A stretch of DNA of 64,000 bases from Torpedo marmorata (taxonomy: Eukaryota). The notes below the pieces were generated by a model. The model had not been told where the DNA came from. It was given only the letters and a program-made list of their open reading frames with translations, and did not search any database. Of the stretch, positions 25,520-40,059 are shown one piece after another (the stretch's first letter is position 1; every line of letters starts with the position of its first letter). Where the stretch lies: the NCBI GenBank assembly GCA_977017645.1, contig OZ360223.1, positions 139,190,001 through 139,254,000 of the forward strand, read 5' to 3'. Position numbers and translations under genes: made by a program.

Positions 25520-26035
25520 ATGCAGGCAAATCGGGACAGGACCCAGATGGAACCATCGGCAGAGGCAAATCGGGACAGGACCCAGCTGGAACCATCGGCA
25601 GAGGCAAGGTGGGACAGATCCCGGCCGGGACCATCGATGGAGACAAGGCGGGTAGGACCCAGCTGGGTCCATCAACAGAGGCAGATCGGGACAGGACCCA
25701 GCTGGGACTATCAGCAGAGGCAAAGCGGGACAGGACCCAGCTGGGTCCATCAACAGAGACAAGGTGGGACAGATCCTGGCCGGGACCATCGATGGAGGCA
25801 AGGTGGGTCAGGACCCAGCTGGGTCCATCAACAGAGGCAAATCGGGACAGGACTGAGCTGGGATCATCGGCAGAGGCAAAGCGGGTCGGACCCAGCCGGG
25901 TCCATCGACAGAGGCAAGGTGGGACTGGACTCAGCCGGGATCATCGATGGAGGCAAGTGGCCCAGGACCGTGATGCGACCATCGACGGACTCAAGGTGTG
26001 CACGCCCGAGCTGGGACCACCTGCGGAGGCAAGGT
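25520..26035 (+). repeat. 39-bp minisatellite, duplicate copy (54 bp longer)
   Basis: Same monomer; ORFs are 18 aa longer than in copy 1 (193 vs 175 aa; 216 vs 198 aa). Confidence 0.85.
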
Positions 26036-27015
26036 AAGAAGAAACGAAACAGCAAATTTCACAGACATGAGGGGAGCCAGGAACCAGATGGGAGCATTGG
26101 AGAAGGGAAAGTGGTCATGACCAAGTCATTGAGAGAGAGAAGGAAGCCAAGACAGACCACAGATCGTTAGTGTAGTAATGATAGCTAGCAGCATTGGAGG
26201 AGGGAAGGTGGGCATGACCGAGCTGGGAGAATCATCGCGGCAAAGCAGCTCCATTTCCTGTTCATATTAAATGTTGTATTTCTCGAAGTTGAGTAAAAAT
26301 ATTTATTCTGTGTGCTATCCCACAAGCCAACATACATGAACACAACCAATAAAAGACATTAGAAAGGGCAGGAATAGAGAGAGATAATTTAGACTGGAGA
26401 ATGGGCAATGTGATTATATCATTGTGATGGTCGGTCACGTGTCTAATAGTTTCAAATAGTGACTGTTTTGAATCTGATGGTGTGTGATTTCAAATTGATT
26501 CTTACTGACAGAAGAGGGGAGTACGGAGAGTCACTGGGGTGGAATGAATAATTCAACACATTGTCATTTTTCTGGGATGTGTACATGGAGTTGATGGAGG
26601 GGAAGGAACTTTGTGTGATGGTCCGCTCTGAATTTGATGCCCTCTACAGTTCCTTGTCATCCAAAGCAGAGCAGTTCTCATGACACGCAATGATGCATCT
26701 TCAAAGGATTTTTGATTGGTGCATCTGTAAAAGTTGTTGAAGATGCAGTCTTCATGCTGAACTTACTCAGGCATTGGAGGAACCAGAGGAGTTGTGGCAC
26801 TTTTTTGCTGTTGTGTCAACTAATCTGGGACCATTGGAGGAGGGAATGTGTCCAGGAACACACTGAGGAGCTTCGTAGGAGGGAATGTATGTGGTCAGAA
26901 CAAATCAGGAGCTTCAGAGGAAACAACACGACCAGGACACGACGGGGGAGCATGGTCAACATGATTTACTGTTGTGATGTTCGTTCATGAGAGTGACAGC
27001 CGTGATGTAGTCACT

Positions 27016-27860
27016 TTGAATCTGGAATTTTCACAGGCCTCTGAGGAAGTAGAGGCGTTGTTGCACTTTCCAGGACCATTGGAGGAGACAATGTGTCCTT
27101 GAACATGCTGGCGGAGCTTAAATTTGCTCAGCCCCGCCATCTCTGATCCCCCAATGATCACTGGATCGTACACCTCTGGTTTCCCTCCTGTATGCTGACT
27201 CATCGCCCCTTTTTATACAAACTACTACCGTGGTAGCGTCAGCGAACTTGTAGATGGTGTTGCTGTTGCACCGAGCCACACAGTCGTAGGTGTAAAGTGA
27301 GTAGAGCAGGGGGCTAAGAACACAGCCCTGTGGTGCTCCGGTACTGATGGAGATTGTGGAGTAGATGTTCTTAGCAATACTTACTGATTGTGCTCTGGAG
27401 GTGAGGAAATCCAGGATCGAATTACACAATGGGGTGTTGAGTGCTTGACAGGACTGAGCTATGACAAGCACTCTTGGAGTCTTGCAGTTTGCTGATCAAT
27501 TTTGAGGGTATGATGGTGTTAAATCCTGAACTGTTGTCGATAAAGAGCATCCTGCTGTATGCATCTTTGCTGTCCAGGTGTTCCATGGCTTTGTGTAGAG
27601 CCAGTGAGATGGCATCCGCCGTAGACCTGTTTCTACGATGGGTGAATTGGAACGGATCCATGTCGCTGCTCAGACAGGAGCTGATATGCTTCAACACCAG
27701 CCTTTTGAAACACTTCATCTCTATTGATATAAGTGCCACGAGTCGATAGTGGCAGGTTACCCACACTCTTCTTGGACGATAGACACCTGTTTGAAACAGG
27801 TGGATACCACGCCCTGCCAGAGTGAGATGTTGAAGATATTTGTGAATACATTGGTAAGTT
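27016..27860 (-). mobile_element. Rex/Babar-like LINE RT fragment, duplicate copy
   Basis: ORFs 27422..27766 (..[19 protein letters not shown]) and 27118..27471. Confidence 0.85.
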
Positions 27861-29159
27861 GAACATAGAACATTACAGCACAGTACAGGCCCTTCAGCCC
27901 ACAGTCAGGGGACACAATCAGGTTCATGCCGAGTGTGCATCTGAAGAGGCAATGTGTCCAGTAACAAGCCAAGTGTACAGGAGGAGGCAATGTGTCCAAG
28001 ACCTAGCCTGTTCCATTGGAGAAATTAATGGAGCCGGGATCTTCAGTGAGACCATTGGAGGAGACCAGAATAATCAGAAGAGGCAATGGAATCTTGATTT
28101 GTTCTGACAATTGGAGGAATCAATATGGCCAGGACCAATGGAAGAGGCAAGGCCATAATCAGGCCCTTTGAGAAGATTCTGTGGCCAGGACGACGTGAGA
28201 GTAACAATGGGTAATGCACTGCTGCCAGGAACAAGCAGAGGAACACCTGAGTGGCCAATGTGGCTAGGGTAGTATTTTATGAGCAATTTGTCCAGATGAA
28301 GTTGAAATACCGGAGGAGGCAATGTGGCAAGAGCCAAGCCTGGGTCACTAGAGGAGACGATGTGGACTGGTCCAAACCAGGCCAGTCTGAGGATGGCCAA
28401 GGTGGAATGAGTCCTTGAATAAATTTTGAGGTAGCGTGATGTTTAGATCGTCAATGGAGGGAAGAGATATTTGGGTGATATTCTCAGCAGCATTCACCAT
28501 TTACTGCAGTTTCTAGCGTGGAACAGTTCCTGGACAGGCATTGATGCATCCACAGAAGATGCATCCAATGGTGCATCTTTAAAAAATTTGTTGAGGCATG
28601 CAGTGTCATGCTCAGGTGTATGAGGAAATAGGCAGGTTTGTGTGCATTCTCATCTGCCACAACATTCAAACCAGGTTCATAGGAGGAGGGAATGTGATCA
28701 GTCGAATCACGGACGATCAGAGGGGCAAATGTGATCAGGATCGATCTGGGACAAGCTGAAAGGGAAGATGGCTCAAGATCAATTTTATAATAACATGTAC
28801 CAGGGTGCTGTGAAATATTTGATATGCATGCTATCTAGCAAGACAAAACATGTATGTGTACAGCAAATAAAACATTGTACAAAGTGCAGAGCTACAGATA
28901 GAATGGAGCAAGTGCAATGCTATTTTACTATTGTGAGTTCTGTTCAGTAGTGTGATATCAATATTATTGTAACTGTTCAGAATTTGGTGTCGCATGACTT
29001 CACCATCATGGTTGTTCCTCCTGACTGTTTTCAAGGCAGCGGGATGTGTGAACGGAGTTGATGTGTAATCTGGGAAATTATAGGCCGGTGAGCTGGACAT
29101 CAGTATATAATTGGAAGATATTTCAAGAGATGAGATATATAAGTATTTGGATGGACAGG

Positions 29160-29950
29160 GACTGGCTACTTTAGTAAGGCCTTTGACAAGGTCCTGCATC
29201 GTCGGTTGGTCAAGAAGGTTCAGTTGCTTTGCATTCAGGATGAGGATGTAAATTGAATTAACATTGGCTTTGCAGGAGAACCCAGAGAATGGTATGAGAA
29301 GATTACCTCTCGGACTGGATGCCTCTGACGAGTGGTGTGCTTTGCGATCTATGTTGGCTCTCTTGTTTGTCATCTATATCAAAGATATGGTTGATATGAT
29401 AAACTGGATTTGCAAATATGCAGTTGACACTAAGATTGGGGGTGTAGTGGACAAAAAGGAAAGCTTTCAAAGCTTATTGTCCTGGACCATTGGAAAAATT
29501 GGCTGAAAAATAACAGATGGAATGTAATACAGATACTGTATGTGTGAGGTTTTGCACTTGGACTTACACAGTAAACAGTAGAGCACTATGAAGTGCAGTA
29601 GAAAAAAAGGATCTTGGGTTATAGATGCGTAGATCTTTGAAAGTGGGTTGTAAAGAGAGATTTTGGCACATTGGCCTTCATCAGTCGAAGTATTAAGTAC
29701 AGAGTGGGTGAGACAAGACAAGAGAGAATGAGTTGGGGGTGAAAGGTGAAATGTTTAAGGGGAACTTCAGTGGGAACCTCTTCACTCTTCACAGGGTGGT
29801 GAGAGTGTGGAATGAGTTGGAAGTGGTGCAAGTGGGTTTGATTTCAACATTTAGGAAAAAATTGGATAGGTACATGGATAGGAGAGTTATGGAGGGTGCA
29901 GGTCGATGGGACTAGGAAGAATAATAACTTGTAACGGGAAAGATGGGTTG
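29160..29950 (+). mobile_element. CR1-type LINE 3' fragment, duplicate copy
   Basis: Same motifs as 8950-9745. Confidence 0.8.
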
Positions 29951-31509
29951 AAGGTTTTATGAAATGTGTCCAGGAACAAGCTGAGATAAGTGAAGAGATT
30001 ATATGACCAGGACAACCCCAACATTCGGAGGAAGGAATGTGGTCAGGACCAAGCATGGGTCATCTGAGGAGGCAATGTGGACAGGACCGATATTGGAGGT
30101 TTGGAGGGGAAATGTGGCCAGGACCTATTGGAACCACAGCGAGTGGAAAGATGGACATGACCAATCCCTAACACTCGGGGGGAGTAACATGGTCAGAATA
30201 AACAAGGACAATTGTTGGAAGCTATGTGGCCAGGACCAATCCAGAGCATTGGGGGAGGCAATGTGGCCAGGACGACACCGGGGGAACATTTAAATGAGGC
30301 AATGTTGGGCAGTACACATTGTTGTAGGATCTGTGCAGACGATGTGGTCAGGAGAATTGAAAGACGTTTATCACCAGGAAAACACAGAAAACAAGGAATT
30401 AATGTGGCTAGACCAATCTGGGTGAATAAGAATGAGGTAATGAGGAATGGAGCAATCTGGGATGATTGAAGGAGCCCATAAGGACTAGCGCGATCTGGGA
30501 CCAATTAAGAAGGCTACAAAGAGTGATATAATGATGCAGGGCACAAAGACTTGACCAAACAGGAATGAAAGAATGAGGACAGGAAGACTGGATACATCTA
30601 GGAAGCATGGAGGAGGCCACGAAGACTAGACCATTCTGGGAGCAATGGTGGTTGCTAAGAAGACTGGACCAATCTGGTACCAATGGAGGAGGCCACAAAG
30701 ACTGTTGCAATGGGTAAGGCCACTAATGCTCGGCTAATGGAGGAGGCCATGAAGACTGGGCCAATGGGAGAGGCCACAAAGACTGAACTAATGGAGGAGG
30801 TCATGAAGACTCCACCATCTGAGAGCAATGGAGGAGGCCAGGAAGACTGGACCAATCTGGGACCAACGGAGGTAGCCACGCTGTCCGGATCAATCTGCGA
30901 CCAATAGAGGATGCCACGAAGACTGGACCAATGGAGTAGGTCACAAAAACTATACCAATAGAGGAGACCAGGAAGACTGAACCAATGGTGGAGGGCACAA
31001 AGACGTAACGAATGGAGGAGGCCACGAAGACTCCACAAACCTGGGACCAATGGACGAGGCCAGGAAGACTGGTCCAATCTGGGACCAATGGAGGATGCGA
31101 GGGAGACTGGACCAATGGAGGAAGCCATGAAGACTGGAGCACTGGGGGGAGGCCACAAAGACCAGTAAGGAGAGAAATGGAGGAGGCCACAAAGTCTGCG
31201 CCAAACTGGGACCATTCTAGGAGACCATGAAGATAAGACTAATCTGGGACCAATGGAAGAGGCCAGGAAGACTGGACCAATGTTGGAACAATGGTGGAGG
31301 ACACAAAGACTGGACCAATAGGGGAGGACATGAAGACTGAACCAATGGAGGAGGTTATGAAGACTCCACCAATCTGGGACCAATGAAGGAGGCTAGGAAG
31401 ACTGGACCAATCTGGAACCAATAGAGGGGGCCAGGAAAACTAAACAATCTGTGAGCAATGGAAGAGGCAACAAAGACTGGACCAATCTGGGGCCAACGGA
31501 GGAAATCAC

Positions 31510-32383
31510 TAGCCTCTTTCACACTGGCTAACCAGTAAATTGGCCGTTAAGTGTACCGGTTAAGGAAGCTGTTTTTCCCGTTCACACTGGGCCAATGTTA
31601 ACCGGGACACTGCGTCGTTTCACACTCACCTCAAGGCATCCCCGGGGACAGGGGAGTTTATCCTGCACCAGTGATGTCTGAGTGACGCGTCGAGCGATGG
31701 TGGACCTGCCCTAAATCCTGATCATGTACAGCATAGTATGAGCCCTTCAGCCCCTGTTGTTGTGCCGACCAATATAAACCTTTATAAATTTATAAAGGAC
31801 CATGGGAAAGCTGTAGCTTCAATAGCGGACAATTTATAAAGACCATGGGAACAATAGTGCACAATTTATAAAGACCGTGGGAACAATAGCGCACAATTAA
31901 AAAAGATCGTGGGAAAGAGCGAAAGCGGACCTGCCCTCCCAGAATTCCGTGCGGCAGAGAAAGAGCTGTGTGCACAGAGAACTCATGGAGGGGTTTCTCT
32001 GCCGTACGGAATTCTGGGAGGCCAGGTTCTCCATCGCTTTCTCTCTCTCTCTCCACCGCGGTTCTTTAGAAATTTATAAAGGTTTATGTAGGTCAGCAAA
32101 GTTTATACCTTTTTAATCTTTTGTTTCCTTCACGTTCCTGCACTCATGCAAAAACGTCATCAAAGCGTCACTACTTTGTCCCTGTATAGTAAGTGTCCCT
32201 TTCACACTGGACTAATCGGCACGCAGGCATCAGTTGACGCCGGGGATGAGAGTAGGGGTCAAGACCGTCAATACTCGGCGTGATTTGACGCCGGCGAGCC
32301 GATTAAATCGCTTTCACACTGGACCCTTAACCGGTAAATTGGCCGTCAATTACTTGGACAAGGTGCCAGTGTGAAAGGGGCTA
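31510..32383. mobile_element. MITE, duplicate copy
   Basis: Same TIRs; one fewer internal 32-bp repeat. Confidence 0.8.
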
Positions 32384-34734
32384 TTAAGTCTGGACCAATC
32401 TGCGACAAATATAGGACGCCATAATGATTGTGGTCAGGAGGACTGAAACAATTGAGGGAAGCAACAAAACAGGATCACACCGGGAAAAGTTTGGACATTG
32501 CACTTCAAATAATTTGACGGGACCAATCTGAACCATTGGAGGAAAATACGTAACCAGGACCATCCATACACCTTCAGACCTTGTTGGGAGCATTGGATGA
32601 GCCACTGTGGTCAAGGCATTTCCAGGAGAGTATCTGAGGAGTAAACATGTACAGGGCCAAGCCTGGAGTGTCAGATTTAGCAATGTGGCCAATGCCAAGG
32701 ATAACATAGTAGTAATAGAGCCAAGACTAACACAGACAAACAGATGAGGCTCTCAGCATTAGAGCAGGCAATGTGACCAGTAACTGTCAGAACTCGAGCA
32801 AGAGGAAATGTTGCCAAGACGACACCACAGGAGCATCTGTGAAGGTAACGTGTTCAGAATCAAGCTTGGCCCATGGAGGTTGGCATTGTGGCCAGAACCA
32901 AATGAGGAGATACCATGGACAGGACCATGCCAAGGGATCACTTGAGGAGGCAATGTTGATAGACAAAAGCCAGGAACATTGAAGGAAGAAAGTGGCAGGG
33001 ACAAACATGGACAAACAGAGGAAGCTGTGTGTACAGGATGAATGAGGGACTATTGAGGAAGTAATGAAGCCCGTACCAATCACGTTCCAATGGAGGAGGC
33101 AATGTGGCCAGGACCACAACAGCATGGCGTCTGAGTAATGTGTATTGGAACAAGCTGGGAAAAGTGAAGAGGCATCGTGACCAGGACAAACCCAGAAAAT
33201 CAGAGGAAGCAAGTAAACAAGACCAGTCCGAAACCATTGAAGGAGACAATGTGGCCAGAACCCATCCAGGAGGATGCAATGTGCCAGGGCCAATCACGGA
33301 ACATTGGAGGATGGAATGTGCCAGGACCAATCATGGACCATTGAACGATGCAATGTGCCAGGACCATTGGAGGATGCAATATGCTAGGACAAATAACGGA
33401 CTATTGGAGGATGCAATGTGGCAGGATCAATTACGGACCATTGGAGGATGCAATGCGCCAGGATCAATCATGGACCATTGAAGAATGCATTGTGCCAGGA
33501 TCAATCACGGACCATTGAAGAATGCAATGTGCCAGGATCAATCATGGACCATTGGAGGATGCAATGTGCCAGGATCAATCATGGTCCATTGATGGATGCA
33601 ATGTGCCAGGACCAATCACAGACCATTGGAGTATAGAATATGCCAGGACCAATCATGGACCATTGGAGGATGTAATGTGCCAGGACCAATCATGGACCAT
33701 TGAAGGATGTAATGTGCCAGGACCAATCATGGACTATTGAAGGATGCAATGTGCCATGACTAATCATGGACCATTGGGGTTACCACTAATGCCACGGAGG
33801 AAGTCACTAAGTTTGAACCAATCTGCGGCCAATATAGGACACCATAATGATTGGACCAAGGTTGGACCAATGGAGGAGTTCACGAAGACTGGACTAATGG
33901 AGGAGGTCAGGAGGACTGGAACAATGGAGGGGGGCAACAAAACAGGATCACACCTGGAAAACTTTGAACATTGCAACTGCAAATGTTTTGACGGGACCAA
34001 TCAGAAGCATCGGAGGAAAATACATAACCAGGACCATCCACAGACCCTCAGACCTTGTTGGGAGCATTGGATAAGCCACTGTGGTCAGGACAATGCCAGG
34101 AGAGTATCTGAGGAGGAAACATGTACAGGGCCAAGCCTGGAGTGTCAGAGTTCACAATGTGGCCAATGCCCAAGAATATCATAGGTAGTAATAGAGCCAA
34201 GACTAACACAGACAAACAGATGAGGCTCTCAGCTTAGAGGTGGCAATGTGACCAGTAACTGTCAGAACTCGAGCAAGAGGAAATGTTGCCAAGACGACAC
34301 CACAGGAGCATCTGTGAAGGTAACGTGTTCAGAATCAAGCTTGGCCCATGGGGGGTGGCATTGTGGCCAGAACCAAATGAGGAGATACCATGGACAGGAC
34401 CATGCCAGGGATCACTTGAGGAGGCAACGTTGATAGACACAAGCCCAGGGCATTGAAGGAAGAAAGTGGCCTGGACAAACAGAGAAAGCTGTATGTACAG
34501 GATGAATGAGGGACTATTGAGGAGGTAATGAAGCCAAACACTTTCCAATGGAGGACTCAATGTGGCCAGGACCACAACAGCTTAGCATCTGAGTAATGTG
34601 TCTTGGGACAAGCTGGGATAAGTGAAGAGGCAATGTGACCAGGACAAACCCAGACGTTCGGAGGAAGCAAGTAAACAAGCCCAGTCCTGGACCATTGAAG
34701 GAGACAATGTGGCCAGAACCCATCCAGGACCTTT

Positions 34735-37700
34735 GGAGTATGCAATGTGCTATGGCCAATCACGGACCAATTGAAGGATGGAATGTGCCAGGACTAATGA
34801 AACATTGGTCCTGGCTCATTGCATCCTCCAATCACAGAGCATTGAAGGATCCAAAGTACCAGGATCAATTATGGACCATTGGAAGATTGAATGTGCCAGG
34901 ACCAATCACGGACCATTCGAGGATGCAATGTGCCAGGACTAATCAAGTACCATTGAAGGATGCAATGTACCAGGAGCAATTACGGCCTGGTGGAGGATGC
35001 AATGTGCCAGGACCAATCATTGACCATTGGAGGATGCAAGGTGCCAGGACCAATCATGGCCAATTGAAGGATCCAAAGTGCCTGGACCAATTATGCACCA
35101 TTGGAGAATTCAATGTTCCACGACCAATCACAGACCATTGAATGATGCAATGTGCCAGGACCAATGACTGCCCATTGGAGGATGCAATGTGCCAGAACCA
35201 ATCACGGCCAATTGGAGGATGCAATGTGTCAAGATGAATCATTACCATTGGAGGATGCAATGTGCCAGGAGGAATCATGGCCTGGTGGAGGATGCAATGT
35301 ACCAGGACCAATCATGGACCACAAAATGATGCAATGTGCCACGACCAATCATGGACCATCGATGGATCCAAAGTGCCTGGACCAATTATGGACCATTGAA
35401 TGATGCAATGTGCCAGGACCAATCATGGACCATTGAAGGATGCAATGTGCCAGGACCAATCATGGACCATTGAAGGATGCAATGTCCCAGGACCAATCAC
35501 CGCCCATTGGAGGATGCAATGTGCCAGGACCAATCACGGCAAATTGGAGGATGCAATGTGCAAGGGCAAATAACGGACTATTGAAGGATGCAATATACCA
35601 GGACTAATCATGGACCATTGAAGTATGCAATGAGCCAAGACCAATCACCGCACATTGGAGGATGCAATTTGCCAGGACCAATCATGGACCATTGGAGGTT
35701 GCAATGTGCCAGAACCAATCACGGCCAGTTGGAGGATGCAATGTGCCAGGGCCAATCATGGAGCATTGAATGATGCAATGTGCCAGGACCAATCATGGAC
35801 TATTGAAGGATGCAAAGTGCCAGGACCAATCACTGCCCATTGGAGGATGCAATGTGCCAGAACCAATCACGGCCAGTTGGAGGATGCAATGTGCCAGGGC
35901 CAATCACGGACCATTGAAGGATGCAATTTGCCAGGACCAATCACGGACCATTGAAGGATGCAATGTGCCAGGACCAATCACCGCCCAGTGGAGGATGCAA
36001 TGTGCTAGGGCCAATCATGGAACACTAAAGGATGCAATGTGCCAGGACCAATCATGGAACACTAAAGGATGCAATGTGCCAGGACCAATCGCGGCAAATT
36101 GGAGGATGCAATGTGCCAGGACCAATCATGGAACACTAAAGGATGCAATGTGCCAGGACCAATCACGGCAAATTGGAGGATGCAATGTGTCAGGACCAAT
36201 CATGGACCATTGAAGTATACAATGTGCCAGTACCAATCATGGACCATTGAAGTATGCAATGTGCCAGGACCAATCACAGCCCATTGGAGGATGCAATGTG
36301 CCAGGACCAATCATGGACCATTGAGGGATGCAATGTGCCAGGACTAATCATGGACCATTGAAGGATGCAAGGTACCAGGACCAATCACCGCCCATTGGTT
36401 GATGCAATGTGCTAGGGCCAATCATGGTCCATTGGAGGATGCAATGTGCTAGGGCCAATCATGGTCCATTGGAGGATGCAATGTGCCAGGATCAATCACA
36501 GCCCATTGGAGGATGCAATGTGCCAGGACCAATCATGGACCACAAAAGGATGCTATGTGCCAGGACCAATCACGGCAAATTGAAGGATGCAATGTGCCAG
36601 GACCAATCACGGCAAATTGAAGGATGCAATGTGCAAAGGCCAATAACAGTCTATTGAAGGATGCAATGTGCCAGGACCAATCACGGAGCATTGAAGGATG
36701 CAATGTGCCAGGACTAATCATGGACCATCGAAGGATCCAAAGTGCCAGGAGCAATTATGGACCATTGAGGATGCAATGTGCCAGGGCCAATCACGGACCA
36801 TTGAATGATGCAATGTGCCAGGACCATCATCGACCATTGAAGGATGCAATGTCCAAGGATCAATCATTGACCATTGGAGGATGCAATGTGCCAGGACCAT
36901 CATCGACCATTGAAGGATGCAATGTGCTGGAACTAATCACGGCCAATTGGAGGATGCAATGTGCCAGGACCAATCATGGACCATTGAAGGATTCAATGTG
37001 CCAGGATCAATCACGGCCTGGTGTAGGATGCAATGTCCCAGGACCAATCATGGTCCATTGGAGGATGCAATGTGCCAGGACCGATCACAGCCCATTGGAG
37101 GATGCAAAGTGCCAGGACTAATCAAGTACCATTGAAGGATGCAATGTGCCAGGAGCAATCACAGCCCATTGGAGGATGCAATAAGCCAGGACTAATCAAG
37201 TACCATTGGAGGATGCAATGTGCCAGGACCAATCATGGACCATTGGAGGATGCAAGGTGCCAGGATCAATCACGGACCATTGGAGGATGGAAAGTGCCTG
37301 GACTAATCATGGAACATTTGAGGATGCAATGTGCCAGGACACATCACGGCCATTTGGAGGATGCAATGTGCTAGGGCCAATCACGGACCATTAAAGGATG
37401 CAATGTGCCAGGACCATTCATGGTCCATTGAAGGATGAAATGTGCCAGGATAAATCATGGACCATTGGAGGATGGAATGTGCCAGGACTAATGAAACATT
37501 GGTCCTGGCTCATTGCATCCTCCAATCACAGAGCATTGAAAGATCCAAAGTACCAGGATCAATTATGGACCATTGGAAGATGGAATGTGCCAGGGCTAAT
37601 CACGGACCATTCGAGGATGCAATATGCCAGGACAAATCATGGTCCATTGGAGGATGCAATGTGCCAGGACCAATCATGGACAATTGAAGGATCCAAAGTG

Positions 37701-39743
37701 CCAGGAACAATCATGGACCATTGAAGGATGCAATGTGCCAGGACCAATGACTGCCCATTGGAGGATGCAATGTGCCAGAACCAATCACGGCCAATTGGAG
37801 GATGCAATGTGCCAAGACGAATCATTACCATTGGAGGATGCAATGTGCCAGGAGGAATCACGGCCTGGTGGAGGATGCAATGTACCAGGACCAATCATGG
37901 TCCATTGGAGGATGCAATGTGTCAGGATCAATCATTGACCATTGAAGGATGCAATGTGCTACGACCAAACATGGACCATCGAAGGATCCAAAGTGCCAGG
38001 ACCAATTATGGACCATTGGAGGATGCAATGTGCCAGGACCAATCATGGCAAATTGGAGGATGCAATGTGCAAGGGCAAATAACGGACTATTGAAGGATGC
38101 AATATACCAGGACTAATCATGGACCATTGAAGTATGCAATGAGACAGGACCAATCACCGCCCATTGGAGGATGCAATTTGCCAGGACCAATCACCGCCCA
38201 TTGGAGGATGCAATTTGCCAGGACCAATCATGGACCATTGGAGGTTGCAATGTGCCAGGACCAATCATAGAGCATTGAATGATGCAATGTGCCAGGACCA
38301 ATCACCGCCCAGTGGAGGATGCAATGTGCTAGGGCCAATCATAGAACACTAAAGGATGCAATGTGCCAGGACCAATCATGGAACACTAAAGGATGCAATG
38401 TGCCAGGACCAATCATGGACCATTGAAGGATGCAATGTGCCAGGACCAATCACAGCCCATTGGAGGATGCAATGTGCCAGGATCAATCACGGGCCATTGG
38501 CGAATGCAATGTGCCAGGACCAATCATGGACCATTGAAGTATGCAATGTGCCAGGACCAATCACAGCCCATTGGAGGATGCAATGTGCCAGGACCAATCA
38601 CAGACCATTCGAGGATGCAATGTGCCTGGACCAATCATGGTCCATTGGAGGATGCAATGTACCAGGATCAATCATTGACCATTGAAGGATGCAATGTGCC
38701 AGGACTAATCATGGACCATTGAAGAATGCAATGTGCCAGTACCAATCGTGGACCATTGGAAGATGGAATGTGCCAGGACTAATGGACCATTGGAGGATGC
38801 AATATGCCAGGACCAATCACAGAGCATTGAAGGATGCAATGTGCCAGGACCAATCATAAACCATTGGAGGATGCAATGTGCCAGGACCAATCATGGACCA
38901 TCGAAGGATCCAAAGTGCCAGGATCAATTATGGACCATTGAGGATGCAATATACCAGGACCAATTATGGACCATTGAAGGATACAATATGCCAGGACTAA
39001 TCACGGAAGATTGGAGGATGCAATGTGCCAGGACCAATTATGGACCATTGGAGGATGCAATGTGCCAGGACCAATCATGGTCCATTGGAGGATGCAATGT
39101 GCCAGGATCAATCATTGACCATTGGAGGATGCAATGTGCCAGAACCAATCATTGACCATTGAAGGATGTAATGTGCCAGGACCAATCATGGTCCATTGGA
39201 GGATGCAATGTGCCAGGATCAATCATTGACCATTGGAGGATGCAATGTGCCAGAACCAATCATTGACCATTGAAGGATGTAATGTGCCAGGACCAATCAT
39301 GGTCCATTTAAAGATGCAATGTGCCAGGACCAATCATGGTCCATTGGAGGATGCAATGTGCCAGGATCAATCACGGCCTATTGGAGGATGCAATATGCCA
39401 GGGCCAATAACGGACCATTGAGGATGCAATGTGCCAGGACCAATCATGGATGATTGGAAGATGGAATGTGCCCGGACTAATCATGGACCATTGGAGGATG
39501 CAATGTGCCAGGGCCAATCACGGACAATGAAGGATGCAATGTGCCAGGACCAATCACCTGCCCATTGGAGGATGCAATGAGCCAGGGCCAGTCATGGACC
39601 ATTGAAGTATGCAATGTGCCAGGACCAATCATGGACCATTGGAGGATGCAATGTGCCAGGATCAATCACGGACCATTGGAGGATGCAATGTGCCAGGATC
39701 AATCACGGACCATTGGAGGCTGCAATGTGCCACGACCAATCAC
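34735..39743 (+). repeat. 37-bp satellite, main array of copy 2 (~135 monomers)
   Basis: Same monomer; longer and differently arranged than in copy 1. Confidence 0.97.
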
Positions 39744-40059
39744 ACCCCACAAGTGTGCCCCAGTGAATTCCAGAGGGGCAAACTGGGTCTGACCTGCCCT
39801 TGTTGGACTAAGAGAAATCTGATTTCACCAGAAGTGCACTGAGCTGCTTCTGCATGAATTATCCTGACGTTGCCTGGTGTGGGAGATAAATTAGCAACTC
39901 AGCACCTGAGAACGCGACCATCAAGTATCTGCAGGACAGCAAGATTTACCAGGTAAAGCTATGTAAGTACAACACCTTTTTTCTATCTACTAACTCCAAG
40001 CAGGTCCCCGTCATCAAAGACATCCAGTTGGCCCTCTGCAAGTGCAGGAAGGTGCCTAA
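39744..40059 (+). pseudogene. H3: Histone H3 pseudogene, duplicate copy
   Basis: Near-identical to 18793-19108. Confidence 0.85.

Noticed and set aside
13104-39842. Many Cys/His/Trp-rich ORFs (MQCARTNHGPLEDAMCQDQSWTIGGCNVPGPITDHWR)
   Set aside because: Frame-rotating translation of the 37-mer; stops follow a G/A monomer variant and ORF limits differ between the duplicates.
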